The notes beneath the pieces were generated by a model that had not been told where the DNA came from, did no database searches, and was given only the letters and a program-made list of their open reading frames with translations. From Rotaria socialis (taxonomy: Eukaryota), in contig CAJNYT010002283.1 of the NCBI GenBank assembly GCA_905331485.1, positions 9,576 through 32,000 on the forward strand: DNA of 22,425 nucleotides, written 5' to 3'. Both the position numbers and the translations under genes were made by a program. Below, piece by piece: positions 1 to 11,100 of the stretch (its first letter is position 1; each line of letters begins with the position of its first letter).

Positions 1-254
1 CCCCTCAAAAAAGATAATTTTGTCATGAATTCCGACATTGAGATAAATGCACGAGAAGATAGCCTGTCCTTAGATCTTTCAGAAATGATGATTTTCTCTC
101 CAACGTCTCATTTGACCAAAGTTTTTGACAATTTCTGTTCAAAAATATGCTTTTTCAGATAAAACGGAAAGTCTTTTTCATTTTTTTTTCAGTTTATGTT
201 TTTTCGATCATGCAAGGAAGAATTCTCTGTCAGCATCTGTTCCATCCATTTAAT

Positions 255-500
255 ATTTTTTTTTGTTTTTCAAGAGCATGCCAAGTTGCAGTGCCTACCC
301 GAGTTCTTTTTTTTTAATTAACCTTTGTTTCTAGTATATATATATAGACAGTTGCATAAGTCAAACGCCATTTTTAGAGAGTTTTTGAGGCCTTCAACTT
401 GTGATCCATTTTCTCCACTTAAAGTAAGAATTAAAAAAAACTGAACTCTGGTAGGCCCTGTATCCTGACATGCTCTTGAAGAACAAATTAATATTTTCCT
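255..500. repeat. Imperfect inverted repeat (fold-back) with ~60-bp arms and ~100-bp spacer
   Basis: Left arm ...TTCAAGAGCATGCCAAGTTGCAGTGCCTACCCGAGTTC-poly(T)-AATTAAC. The reverse complement of the right arm reads GTTCTTCAAGAGCATGTCAGGATACAGGGCCTACCAGAGTTCAGTTTTTTTTAATTC. Arm boundaries are approximate. Confidence 0.7.
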
Positions 501-1336
501 CAAAAACGTCATAGCAATAGGGCTACAAATTTTACCATAGTCTCTTCACTACAGCCCCAACATATCCTGCAAATTTCAGGTCATTTGACTCATGCTAGGT
601 CTGAGATTATTTTTGAGGAGCGAAACCTTATAATTGGATACTTCGAAAATGCAATATATATCAGCTACAATTTCACAAATTTTAACTTCAATAGTAAATA
701 ACCGCTCAGTTACATTATTTCTTAAAGTTTTGATAGCTTGTACACGAACACAGGTAGGATGAAATGTTAATTCTTTATCAATCATTCATGTTGAACTGAT
801 ACATAAGTACTGGCTATTTTGTTTCCGTGAACCGATAGCACAAATAGCATGTCTATCAAACATTGATTCTTGCAAACGTCTATGAAGTCCACACGATGAA
901 ATTTTTAATGAAATCTTTGTTATGCGTACAGTTGTTGCATCCATTAAGGAAAAAAGGAATAAATAATAATTGTCATTATTATTATTTTTCGTAATTACAC
1001 TAACATTGACGACATAACCATTGAGACTGATCAAAGATGAACTTCGGTATTCTTATTTCGTCAAATCAGATAAACATTTCATAATGATATCGAGATAATG
1101 CATTTAAATAATTATCTCAGATAAAACAAAATTGTACCAAGAATATTTCATTTGAAACACGTGCACTATATCATATATTTACACTTTTTATATTTTTATA
1201 TTTTTATTTGATCATTCAAGGTATTTTAAAATGAGTACTTTATTTGAGTGATAATCGATAAAGTGCTCCCAATTCTAATCTTCAAAGATTAATTTTAATG
1301 TCTTTTTTTAAACAATACATTACACAGCCCTAACTA

Positions 1337-2309
1337 ACCTACGATGCATATGTATCCGCACAAATGTCGAGGTCTGTTGTATTCGAACAGAAAGTGCTAG
1401 AAGCTTAAGTTTTTCACCGACAGATAGAACAAAGTTTGTGTGTGCTGTAAAATGCATATTTACAATATAGTGTAAAAATATGGTTTAAGATATTAAATTT
1501 TAATGTTTGTAAAACCACTAAAACCGACTTGTTATTAAGGTAAAATTAAAAGTTCTTTGTATCTTGACTATGTTTTTTCTTTAATTCTTTGCAATGGGAT
1601 GCAAATTTTGAGCAATCATGTAGCTTTGGTTGGGAAAAGGATGGAGGTGAAAGTGAGAGGATCATGGTTTAAGTCAAACGAATGTATAATCTTTCTAAGT
1701 TACTGACGTCTCCTAGTAGATTGAAACTGCCACCTGTCAGGATCGTCATCTATAATATATAGATGGACGATCCTTCACTTTTGTTACCGTTCCTCCTTCT
1801 CTAAGATGTTTATTTGTTGTTCACAACCATTATTAGTGAAATAAAAGTAAACAAGAAAAACTCTGTATTTTACATTTATTTAAAATATTGGTGTTCTTAC
1901 AGATTGTTTGAACTTTCGCCGAACTCTCTGAAACTTACTGGTTGTGATTATGACAATAACTTCTGGCCATCCCGCATGGAAGAAAATCGGAACTCAATTT
2001 TCAGTAAATCTAGAGTTCACAGTCTTCCCTTACTAAGGTTGAACTCACAACCTATTATTTTGGTAAAAATAATGCAAGTTAAAACAAGAAAAGCATCGAT
2101 GAAAACTTCCTTTTGTAACAAGTCAGTTTTAGAGGTTTCGAAAAAATTAAAATTTTTGCATCTTAGACTTTATATTACACTATATTGTAAATACACATTT
2201 TATAACATAAACTTTGCTCTATCTCTCGGTGAAAAGATTAGGCTTCCAGCACTTACTGTTCAAATACAATAGACCTCGACATTTGTGCGGATACTTATGC
2301 ATCGTAGGT
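1337..2309. mobile_element. Non-autonomous DNA transposon-like element (MITE-like, 973 bp) with ~190-200-bp terminal inverted repeats flanked by TA
   Basis: Left TIR ACCTACGATGCATATGTATCCGCACAAATGTCGAGGTCTGTTGTATTCGAACAG...TTTACAATATAGTGTAA...GACTTGTTA matches the reverse complement of 2108-2309 (ACCTACGATGCATAAGTATCCGCACAAATGTCGAGGTCTATTGTATTTGAACAG...TTTACAATATAGTGTAA...GACTTGTTA). TA dinucleotides sit at 1335-1336 and 2310-2311. Confidence 0.85.
1740..1773. repeat. Near-perfect hairpin inside the 1337-2309 element
   Basis: GGATCGTCATCTATA-at-ATATAGATGGACGATCC: long stem with a one-base bulge and a tiny loop. Confidence 0.75.
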
Positions 2310-2752
2310 TATATTCATTTATCCGTAAAAAAAATAGAAACTACACTATTCAGAACATTCAAAAAGGTATTCGAGCTGATTCAGTTTCAAGTAAGCCTCC
2401 AGAATGTTCTAAAACAGTGTAACTCTTGTCATAATCCAGTTAGACGCTCAACTTCTATTGCTAAGGAACTATGGATCTAGTGCATGTCTTTGGTTGCTAG
2501 GGACCTTGCACTTAATGACCTTTGATCTTAGTTGCTACGGCTTGTAAACGTCAGTTATTATGGTCTGTAACGGGAGAGGGAGCCGCGAAATGTAGATTTG
2601 AGCTTACATTTACTATCTTTTCGAAAATAGATTTGAGATCCACAAAACAAAACAAACTTTTTCTTATATTTTATTTTTCTCGTTGCTTGCAAACAAAACA
2701 ATTGTTTTGTTTTGTCAATTCTGATTCAAAAAGTTACAACAAAAATCAATCT

Positions 2753-3332
2753 GGGAAACGCGAATTTCGCCGTACTGACTTTCGGCAATTGCCGAGAGTT
2801 GTGTTTTTTAAAGATTTTCGGCTGTAAACAGGATGGATCTTTGGCAATTGCCAAAAGTTCAGTTTGAGAAATTATCGGAAATCTTAATAAAAATCTTAAT
2901 CAACTAATTAATTATAGTAAAAAAAACTCTACTTTCGGCAATTATTTTATTTCATGAACTTTGGGCGATAGATGATTCCTAATTCTTATAAAACTGTTCT
3001 TAGCATCTCGATACATTCTGTTACTTACCTCTTTCATCATCAATTCAAACTGTATGTTTTATTAGACGATATCATCACTCAGAAGGTCTAATAATATTGT
3101 TGAAGGACTTCTCTCAACTTGAAATCTTGAGGGTGTCCAAAGTGTGGTTTCTTTACTATAATTAATTAGTTGGTTAATATTTTTATTAAGATTTCCGATA
3201 ATTTCTCAAACTGAACTTTTGGCAATTGCCAAAGATCCCTCCTTTTTACAGCCAAAAATCTTAAAAAACACAACTTTTGGCAATTGCCGAAAGTCAAGGG
3301 CGAATGTCAGTACGGCGAAATTCATGCCACCC
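2753..3332. mobile_element. Non-autonomous DNA transposon/MITE (580 bp) with ~185-195-bp TIRs and 8-bp TSD ATCAATCT
   Basis: TSD ATCAATCT at 2745-2752 and 3333-3340. Left end GGGAAACGCGAATTTCGCCGTACTGAC versus reverse-complemented right end GGGTGGCATGAATTTCGCCGTACTGAC. Arms continue with shared TTTCGGCAATTGCC, GATCTTTGGCAATTGCCAAAAGTTCAGTTTGAGAAATTATCGGAAATCTTAATAAAAAT and AACTAATTAATTATAGTAAA. Arms are approximately 2753-2938 and 3138-3332. Confidence 0.92.
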
Positions 3333-3338
3333 ATCAAT

Positions 3339-6300
3339 CTACAGCAGAGGAAAATAAATGTAGAAGTCTTTCGAACCAACAATTTGCCTTCGAGTAATTA
3401 ATCGTGTGACATTGATACAATTGCGTCGCGTTACTTCTCTTGTGAAATCTTCTGTAATAATTCTTAAATCTTCATATCCAACGCGTAATTCAGCTAGACA
3501 AGGTAGATGTGTTTTGGTTTCATTTAGAAATTGTTCGACATAAGTAGTATTTGTCCTTGCAATGTCAAGTAAAGTGAGATATGGATATTCAACAATTTGA
3601 TATGATAGAATGTTGTCAGATGATTTCTTCGCATTATATGACAGTGATGACAAATCAGAAACATAAAAATTTCTCAGCAATGGAAAAGCTTTAGCTATTC
3701 GTAAAAAGAATTTATGTTCAAATGGAACCACATCATGTACACTTAATTCGATGACATTATTGAATACAATATTTGGAAATATAGTACCAATAGATAAGAG
3801 CCACATAAATTCGAAAGGAAGCGTAAAAATATGATATGTAGCTCTGTCAACAGCAAAACAAACAATATTCGATACTTCTTGATATCCTTTATTCATATAA
3901 TTTTGTTTAATATCATTATTGGACAAATAACAAACTAAATCATTTATATTATGTTCAGTACTAAGATAAAACTTGAATGAATGAAGTCGTGGCGAATACG
4001 TAGAAAATTCATTTATAAGGCGAATTGGATCAATAAATACATTTTCACAAGCGATACGCAAATATAAAGTTAATTTTTCCAAGTATAACATACGACGAAG
4101 AAGAGCTATAATTTTATTATCATATTCTTCAATTAAATCATACTGTATTAATGAAAAACACTTTAGATTAGGTAGATCATCCTAAATATGAAGACCAATG
4201 TTTATTAATAATTTCCTTTTCTTAAATATAAAGTGATAACCAGTAGTACAAGTTTAATCGAAAACTTTTTTTTCTTATTCAGATAGCAGTTTAAAAATTT
4301 AAGTAAAATATCTCTTATACTACAGATTGATTTTCAAGAAAGACAATTAATTCAATTCAATAACTATAATAATTGAAATATTATATTATAATCAATGGAT
4401 GCAGAATAATCTTAGTTTCGTTGTGCTTATCTGACTATTCAGTATATGTCCATTTGATTTCAACCGAGATATGATTGATTTCATCATAAAATACATATTT
4501 CAAGTAAGAGTATTCTTTGACCAGATGTTCCACTGTGAATATGCGGTAGCATTAAAGCAAGTGTTCTCCACTATGAGAAAGTATTCCACTGCCAGATATC
4601 ATAGGAGCTATTCACAAATTATAGTGCCCGTAACAGTTTCTTAAGAATCTTTCATAAAAAAAAAGTATCTCACATATTCAGTGATGCAGTTAGAGGAAGA
4701 AGATTATGGGAATCGAACCGCTCGAAAAGATGCACATACCTGAAGAGTACCGGACGTATTCGTTTTCACAAACCAAAAGGCGCCTTATTTTCTATGCAGT
4801 CATCGGTCTAAAAGATTCGTCGGTGCGTACCTGGACATCTCTTTAGTGTTCTGTTTCTATATGGAAGTATTCGACTGTGACAAATTTCAGAAAATAGTAC
4901 ATACATAGAATTTTAAGTATTTGTTACAAAGAGAAATAATTAAATACGATTGAAAAAATCATTTTAGAGAATAGCACGAATATCTTAAGCATAGCTGGAA
5001 ATATTGGCATATGTATAGAGCGGTATCAGAATTCGAACGAATGTGAGTGTAATAAAGTTCATCTAGCGATAGGATTAACTGACTGGTTCGAATAATTTTA
5101 AAGGTTTTATTTATCTTTTCTTCGAATTAATATACATTTAGCTTCTCTGTTTTATTAATATTTCTTTTTATTTCATAAGAATGATTCAAGCAAGACAAGA
5201 TTTGATCTTCTAATACATGGACAACATCTATGATATATGAAGATGAAACAACTTTTAATAGTGGAGAACACCAGCTTTAATGTTACCATATACTCACAAT
5301 AGAAGGGCAGCTAAACGAATACCAAAGTAACAATTCAGAATCAGTAACTTCCACATCCGTTCATAATTATTACTTTATTTATATTATTAGAGTAAGTCTA
5401 AATTCTTCATCTGTTTCATTACATAAATAAAAACTTAACAATTTCGATTCTTGTGGATGATGACTGATTCTCAGACGAGCTTAAGGGAGCTGCAAGAGCT
5501 TCTGTATGCCTTTTTAAAAAGTCTTTTCAGTTCTCAAAATTGGAAAATATTATTCGCTTCTAAAGAGTTGAAAAAGTCGGTTTCGTTTAGGCTTGATTAT
5601 GATAATTGTATCTAACTCATAGCTGACATCTTTTTTTCAATCGGGAAGCTCAAAAAAGATAAAACATGCCTACCGTGTTGTGAACAATTGATGAATTCTT
5701 TTCCGTACAATAAATTCGAACGATAAATGTATTCAATTGTTTGAGACGACCATCAAGTAAATAAAGACAATCAGTAATAGTTATTACACTAATGCATAAA
5801 TAAGTAAGAGTTGAAGAAGAAAAAGCACTTGCTGGTAAATAACGAACTGACAAGCCTGGATATTCAGTAGTTGGTGTTGCAATAATCTTCAAATGTTCCA
5901 AGTTTTCGCAGTAAGTCAAAATATGTGCATACACTATTTTTGTATAAGTGTCCCATGATCCTACTGCAACCTCACAATCTTTATTGATGAGATCAAGTTT
6001 TGTAATCTGTTTTTTGAAGATATATCGAAGAGATGAATCATCTAAATTAAAATACAATAATGATCTTTCAGTTAATGATATGTAAAATATTTGCTTACCT
6101 TTAAAATAACGTAACGAACTGTCACGTTGAAAATTAAATATTTTCAATTCAGTCAAATTTGGATAATCAGTAGCAAGAAGTATACGTTCCATGGACGTGG
6201 GTTCAACAATGAGACACTTCACATTGTAGTGAATTCGAGGTAATATATAATTACAAAAGCGATCAAGTACTGCATCAATTATTTTAGTATTACGAATAAC

Positions 6301-6471
6301 TAATGAGAAATTGAGGATTTTAGAAAAAGTCTCTTCTCGTGTTATACTATCAAGTCGTTCATTGTTAATACCAGCTAATGAATAGAGAACGTCAACATTG
6401 TCAAGTTTCTTCAAAATATTAAATAACATCTCATTAGGTAGATCAAGAAGATGAACACTAGATTGATTCAT
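3339..6471 (-). CDS. F-box (LRR-like) protein of a bdelloid-type multigene family; complement(join(3339..4181,5674..6471))
   Basis: N-terminal F-box-like motif VHLLDLPNEMLFNILKKLDNVDVLYSLAGIN. Minus-strand donor ACG|GTAGGC at 5673 and acceptor TTTAG|GATGAT at 4182 restore ...VHNTDDLPNLKCFSLIQYDLIEEYDNKIIALLRRMLYLEKLTLYL... The joined length, 1641 nt, is divisible by 3 (546 aa). The first ATG is at 6471; the ORF-track start at 6492 is a TTG codon. Confidence 0.8.
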
Positions 6472-8073
6472 GTTTAATCTTGACTGTAACAATTGTCAAT
6501 ATAGGCAAATGTTCTTTGTTTATGTTTATTACCGTTGGCATTAATGAAGAATAGAATGAATGAACTTATTGAAAGAAAGGTTACATCAATGCATCGTCCA
6601 ATGAAATCATGAATGGATATTATTTCTTCTTTTTTGCACAAATTCTCACGTATACATTATCCTTACATTGTATTTACCTATGCGGACGTCGAAAAATATG
6701 TCATGTTGAGAAAAGAGAAGAGAAGAAAGTATGGTGAAAAATTAAAAATCGTCAGGTTAGTTTGCATTTTGTCGAAATTTTTTTTCTCGGTATTCTCGTT
6801 TCGATGAAAATAAAACTGCGGTTATTCGCGTTTCGCCGAAAAACAAAATTAGAATGAAAAAAAAGAGAATCATAGATTACTCTGATTAATGAAATATTTT
6901 TTCAGGCATGCGAATTACAGACAGTGCTTAATTATTCTCAATGAATTTGTTGAAAATTTTTTCAACCAAAAGCATTAAGTAACCATTCAGAAATACAAGA
7001 CGAGCAAACATTAATAGAGAAAAACAAAATTTCAACTGATTTTGATGCCACCTAATCCTATCAATTTTTTAGGAAATTCTTATGTTGATATTTAGTGTTG
7101 ATGTTTATTGTTTTAACGATTTTCCAAATTGTATAACAGTCTCAAATTATCTTCACCCTCATGCAACTCCAGCCCTCACGTCTCAATTATAGAGTTAATT
7201 TTTTTACGATGTTTTTAAACAAAGTATTACATGAAATATAGTGAAAAATGTATTGAAGACATCATTTATACCAGAGTACATAGGAGTGTGAAGTTATTCT
7301 TATTTTTAAAATATCTCTTTCTGATATTTCTCGTAATCTTTACATATAACTCTTATGTAATTATTCGTTATGACTCAGAATTATGTGCGCTTTCTATTGG
7401 TATATAATGCATTAGGTTACATTGATATTTTTCGTAAAATTGTAAAAACAAAAAAACGCTTTTTGAAAATAACAATAACTTCATACATCTAATCAGATAT
7501 CTATAAATAAATATTGGATTTCTATGTTTCACGGAATGTATATACACTTCGGTGAGAGGATGGATTGAGTTTCTTCAGAAACAACTAGTTTACTTAAGAC
7601 AATTACAGAAATTAAAATATTTGATTTGATCGCATTTTATTTTCGACGAAACAGGGAACTCTAAGAGAAAAGCTCGAATCAAATTTTGGACGAAACGGAG
7701 AAATTCATTAGGCTTTCGACGAAACGAGAATTCACTATAAACGATGTTGATTTGTTACATGAGAAATATTGTAATATTGAATTTCAATCAAATTTGTTCA
7801 TGAATAGGTGAATTGATTTTCTTCATTCATGTTTGGTTATAGTTGGTTATACACATGCAGAAATCGATCCTAATTTTGAAGATTCCCATCGAACAATTAA
7901 AACCACAGAACATTTATCTAATTTGTCTATATGCCTGCATAGTAGAAGTCTAGGGTGTCCAGATAAATAATAAAATCTTGTTTTTTTTCAAAAGATGCGC
8001 CATGAAAAGCTCTACAAAAGCTGTAAGAACAAATTCTTATTGACTTGTTCCGACAGTTTCTTCTTGAAGGTGT

Positions 8074-8093
8074 GGGCGTGGGGTGGGGTGGGG
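8074..8093 (+). other. Canonical G-quadruplex motif
   Basis: GGGCGTGGGGTGGGGTGGGG: four G-runs of at least 3 with loops CGT, T, T. It is followed at 8152-8169 by a C-rich, partly complementary tract CCCACACCCACACACCC. Confidence 0.7.
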
Positions 8094-8122
8094 AAGGTGT
8101 GAGTTTGTAATTGAAGATAAGT

Positions 8123-11100
8123 ATGAGACACACGCACAGCAAAACCCTGATACCCACACCCACACACCCAGAATTAATCGATAAACATAAAAATAATATT
8201 GATACATGCTCAAATTGGGTTATTATACAAGCTCTGAAAGCATGTAGTGAATTACGTGATATTCAACGTGGTTCAAGTATTCCTAATTTAGTTTCATCTC
8301 GATTAAAACATGGTCCATACATATTTCCATCGTTAATACACTTCTACAGTGAATTCATTTAATAAAACTAGGAATAGGATTTTCCATTTCATACTATTCG
8401 GAGAAAGAATACGACTGAAGTTTAGTTATATTTTCACCATCGCTCCACTTCTCGTAGAAATCTGTAACACAAAAATTTCGAATTTATCATATTCATTTCA
8501 ATAGAATGAAAATTAACACTGTTTTCCCAGACATATTATACAATGTTTAAATTGAACAGTTCGATTTATATAAGAAAAAGAAATAGTTTTTGCGTGGATT
8601 TGCCAGGAAAAAAATGAATATTAAATTCAAAATATACAACAAATACTACATTATAACATTTGATAAACACTTTATACATCAGGTATTTTAATAGTTAAGT
8701 TTTAAAAAAATGTTTCATCTTGGTGTAAATTTGATTTATAAAATCAAGAACTATTTAAAGAAAAAATCATACATAATTATATAGACTCTCATAATACTTG
8801 TTAAAAAAATGGCATGAAAACAACAATTGAAAGCTAGAGAGAAACGTTTCAACGAATTAAACAATAATCTATCACATGGCACGATATGGAATATATATGC
8901 TAGAAATCACAAAATCTAAGAGCTCAAACTTTGAATGAAATGAAAAAGTTAAGTACAAATCATTCTCAGTAAGTGTACACATGATATTCCATGTTTATGA
9001 ACAGAAGATAAAGTATAGTATCAGTTCGGTACAACAAAGATTTTTGATAGTTTTTTGTTATTATGAATTCTTGATATTGCAAAAACTAACATATATTCTC
9101 ATCTTCATATTATACATAACAAACTTATGTGAGAGTGTTGCTAAACTGCAGATAAATCATATCAAGTACCACATACTAACAGAATAGTATAGTAAACTGT
9201 ATGCTGAAAACAGTTGGCGATCAGATTTTTATTTTACTTTTGAGATCAAAAGTACTACAGTTCCGATAACAAGATTGTGCCGATATAAGCACTCGTTCTA
9301 TCTTAATCAATGTACATAACGACTTTCTTCCTCATTGTCATGTGTATTCTCTCTTCCTTTTTGTCGTGTTCTTTCTCGTTCTCTTCGGTTGAGGGACGCG
9401 CCCCGGAGAAAGAAAAGTGTAACTATAAAAGGAGAAGGTGGATTGAAATAAAACAGTTCGATATCGCGATAAAACATTCTTATCGTTACAAAGATACTAT
9501 CATAGGAAAGATTGGAATATGCGTCAAAGATTCTGTCTAATAAAAACACATGGACCTTTTAAAAAATAAAGCATTATTTTTGTGAATATCGCATAGAAAA
9601 AAAAACATAGTCTGATGATAACGAGGCATTAGACATGGCTGATAACGTTTTCCTTATTTTCAGCGACGTATATATTCGTTAGAATAAGATTAATATTGGT
9701 TTCATGATTGTAAAGACTTTTATTCGAATTTCGAAGTGACTAGATAGGGCATAGAGACTTGAAGTAGGTCTATACCAGAGCTCCGCGGGACGGGATGGGC
9801 CACATCTCTGTCCCGCCAATTTTATACAAGCATAATTGAGATTGAAATTGAGTATGTATATTCATTGCAGTTTTGCGATATCTATCAATTGTTACACATA
9901 TAGATGATAGAAGTCATTCGATTAGTTGTTTTCACACAATTGAATTTGTCACTTGTATGAAAACACAACTTGGTTTTCCTGTGATAGTTAATAATCGTGG
10001 TCATCGTGAAGAAATGATTTTTCATGTAAATGTTATTGTGTAACTGATAAATAGTGAAATAAATGAATTTCATTGAACAAGAGTGTATAAATTAGCTAGT
10101 TTATTTCAATCACATGTACGATAAAAAGAAAGAATTACGTTTATATGTTAGAATAATCTGGGATGGGACGGGACGGGACTCTAAAAAGTGAATATTGCGG
10201 GACGGGACATATTTTTGGTCGTCCCACGGAGCTCTGGTCTATACTATATAAATGGTTTCAACATAACTTTAGAATCACAAATGATTTATTTCTCTATAAT
10301 AATCCTATGAAAAATCGGAATTAGCAAATCGCGAGGTTTCGCATTATTGTACCAGACTCTAATAAAATAAAATATAATATTTATGGTCAGCGCAATAAAT
10401 TCGATAATACTCGATATAAAACTTTTATCTGAAAGAGAGAAATTTATTTGTGGTCAAACCAACGAATTCTGAAGCTAAATATCAGTTTCGACTCGATCAA
10501 AACTTTTAGAAAAGTGTTTTCATGAATGCACAAATATCTCTTGGTTTAATATCATGATGTACAATATGATAAAGCTATTATCATAAGTTTTTCATTGAAG
10601 TGCAATGTGGTGACATCGATCGTGCTCAATCTTTGTTCGATGGGTCATCGAAGAAAACATTAAACATTTATGGAGCAATGATGAAAGGTTAGAACAAGTT
10701 TTGTAATTTGAACATATTCATTTCGTTAATTCTAGGCTATATAAGAAATAAACAAGCGAAAAAAGCAATCGATCTTTTCAGTGAAATAAATAGTCCAGAT
10801 AAATTTATTATCAATCTTTTATTTAATGCATGTGCTCAATTGGGAACAGCTAAAGAATTAAGTTTAGTAAAAAAAGTTTCATTAAACATTCCGAAATCTT
10901 TTCATTCGGATCCATTTATTCAAACATCTCTAATTGATGCATTAATGAAATGCGGCGATACACTTGCTGCTCAATCATTATTTGATACAATAAAAACTAG
11001 AAATTTGTTCATTTATGGAGCTATGATGAAAGGTAACAATCATCTTCGTATTCATTTATTTCTTTAATTAATCGTAATTTTTTACAGGTTTCATAATAAA

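Noticed and set aside
2214-2480. Plus-strand 88-aa ORF
   Set aside because: It overlaps the terminal repeat of the TA-flanked element and has no domain signal.
2522-2827. Plus-strand 101-aa ORF, with the 60-aa ORF at 3219-3401
   Set aside because: Their recognisable shared peptides are translations of the TIRs of the 580-bp MITE, not protein-coding conservation.
4701-4740. GGAATCGAACCG (reverse complement CGGTTCGATTCC) resembling a tRNA T-loop/B-box on the minus strand
   Set aside because: The flanking bases do not form a T-stem and no D-arm, anticodon arm or acceptor stem could be built.
6613-6807. 64-aa plus-strand ORF ending near a CAG|GTTAGT donor-like site
   Set aside because: A possible divergent first exon, but no continuation exon or domain could be identified, so it was not called.
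7927-8163. Minus-strand ORF MGVGIRVLLCVCLILIFNYKLTPSPPHPTPTPS...
   Set aside because: The translation derives mostly from low-complexity G/C-rich and CA-rich tracts, has no recognisable domain, and overlaps the proposed PPR first exon on the opposite strand.
9310-9549. Overlapping sense and antisense ORFs around the GC-rich block
   Set aside because: No similarity to known domains is recognisable. The ORFs are short and both strands are open by chance.
9608-9660. CTGATGA...-like sequence considered as a hammerhead ribozyme core
   Set aside because: There is no matching GAAA core segment or helices; only the CTGATGA string is present.
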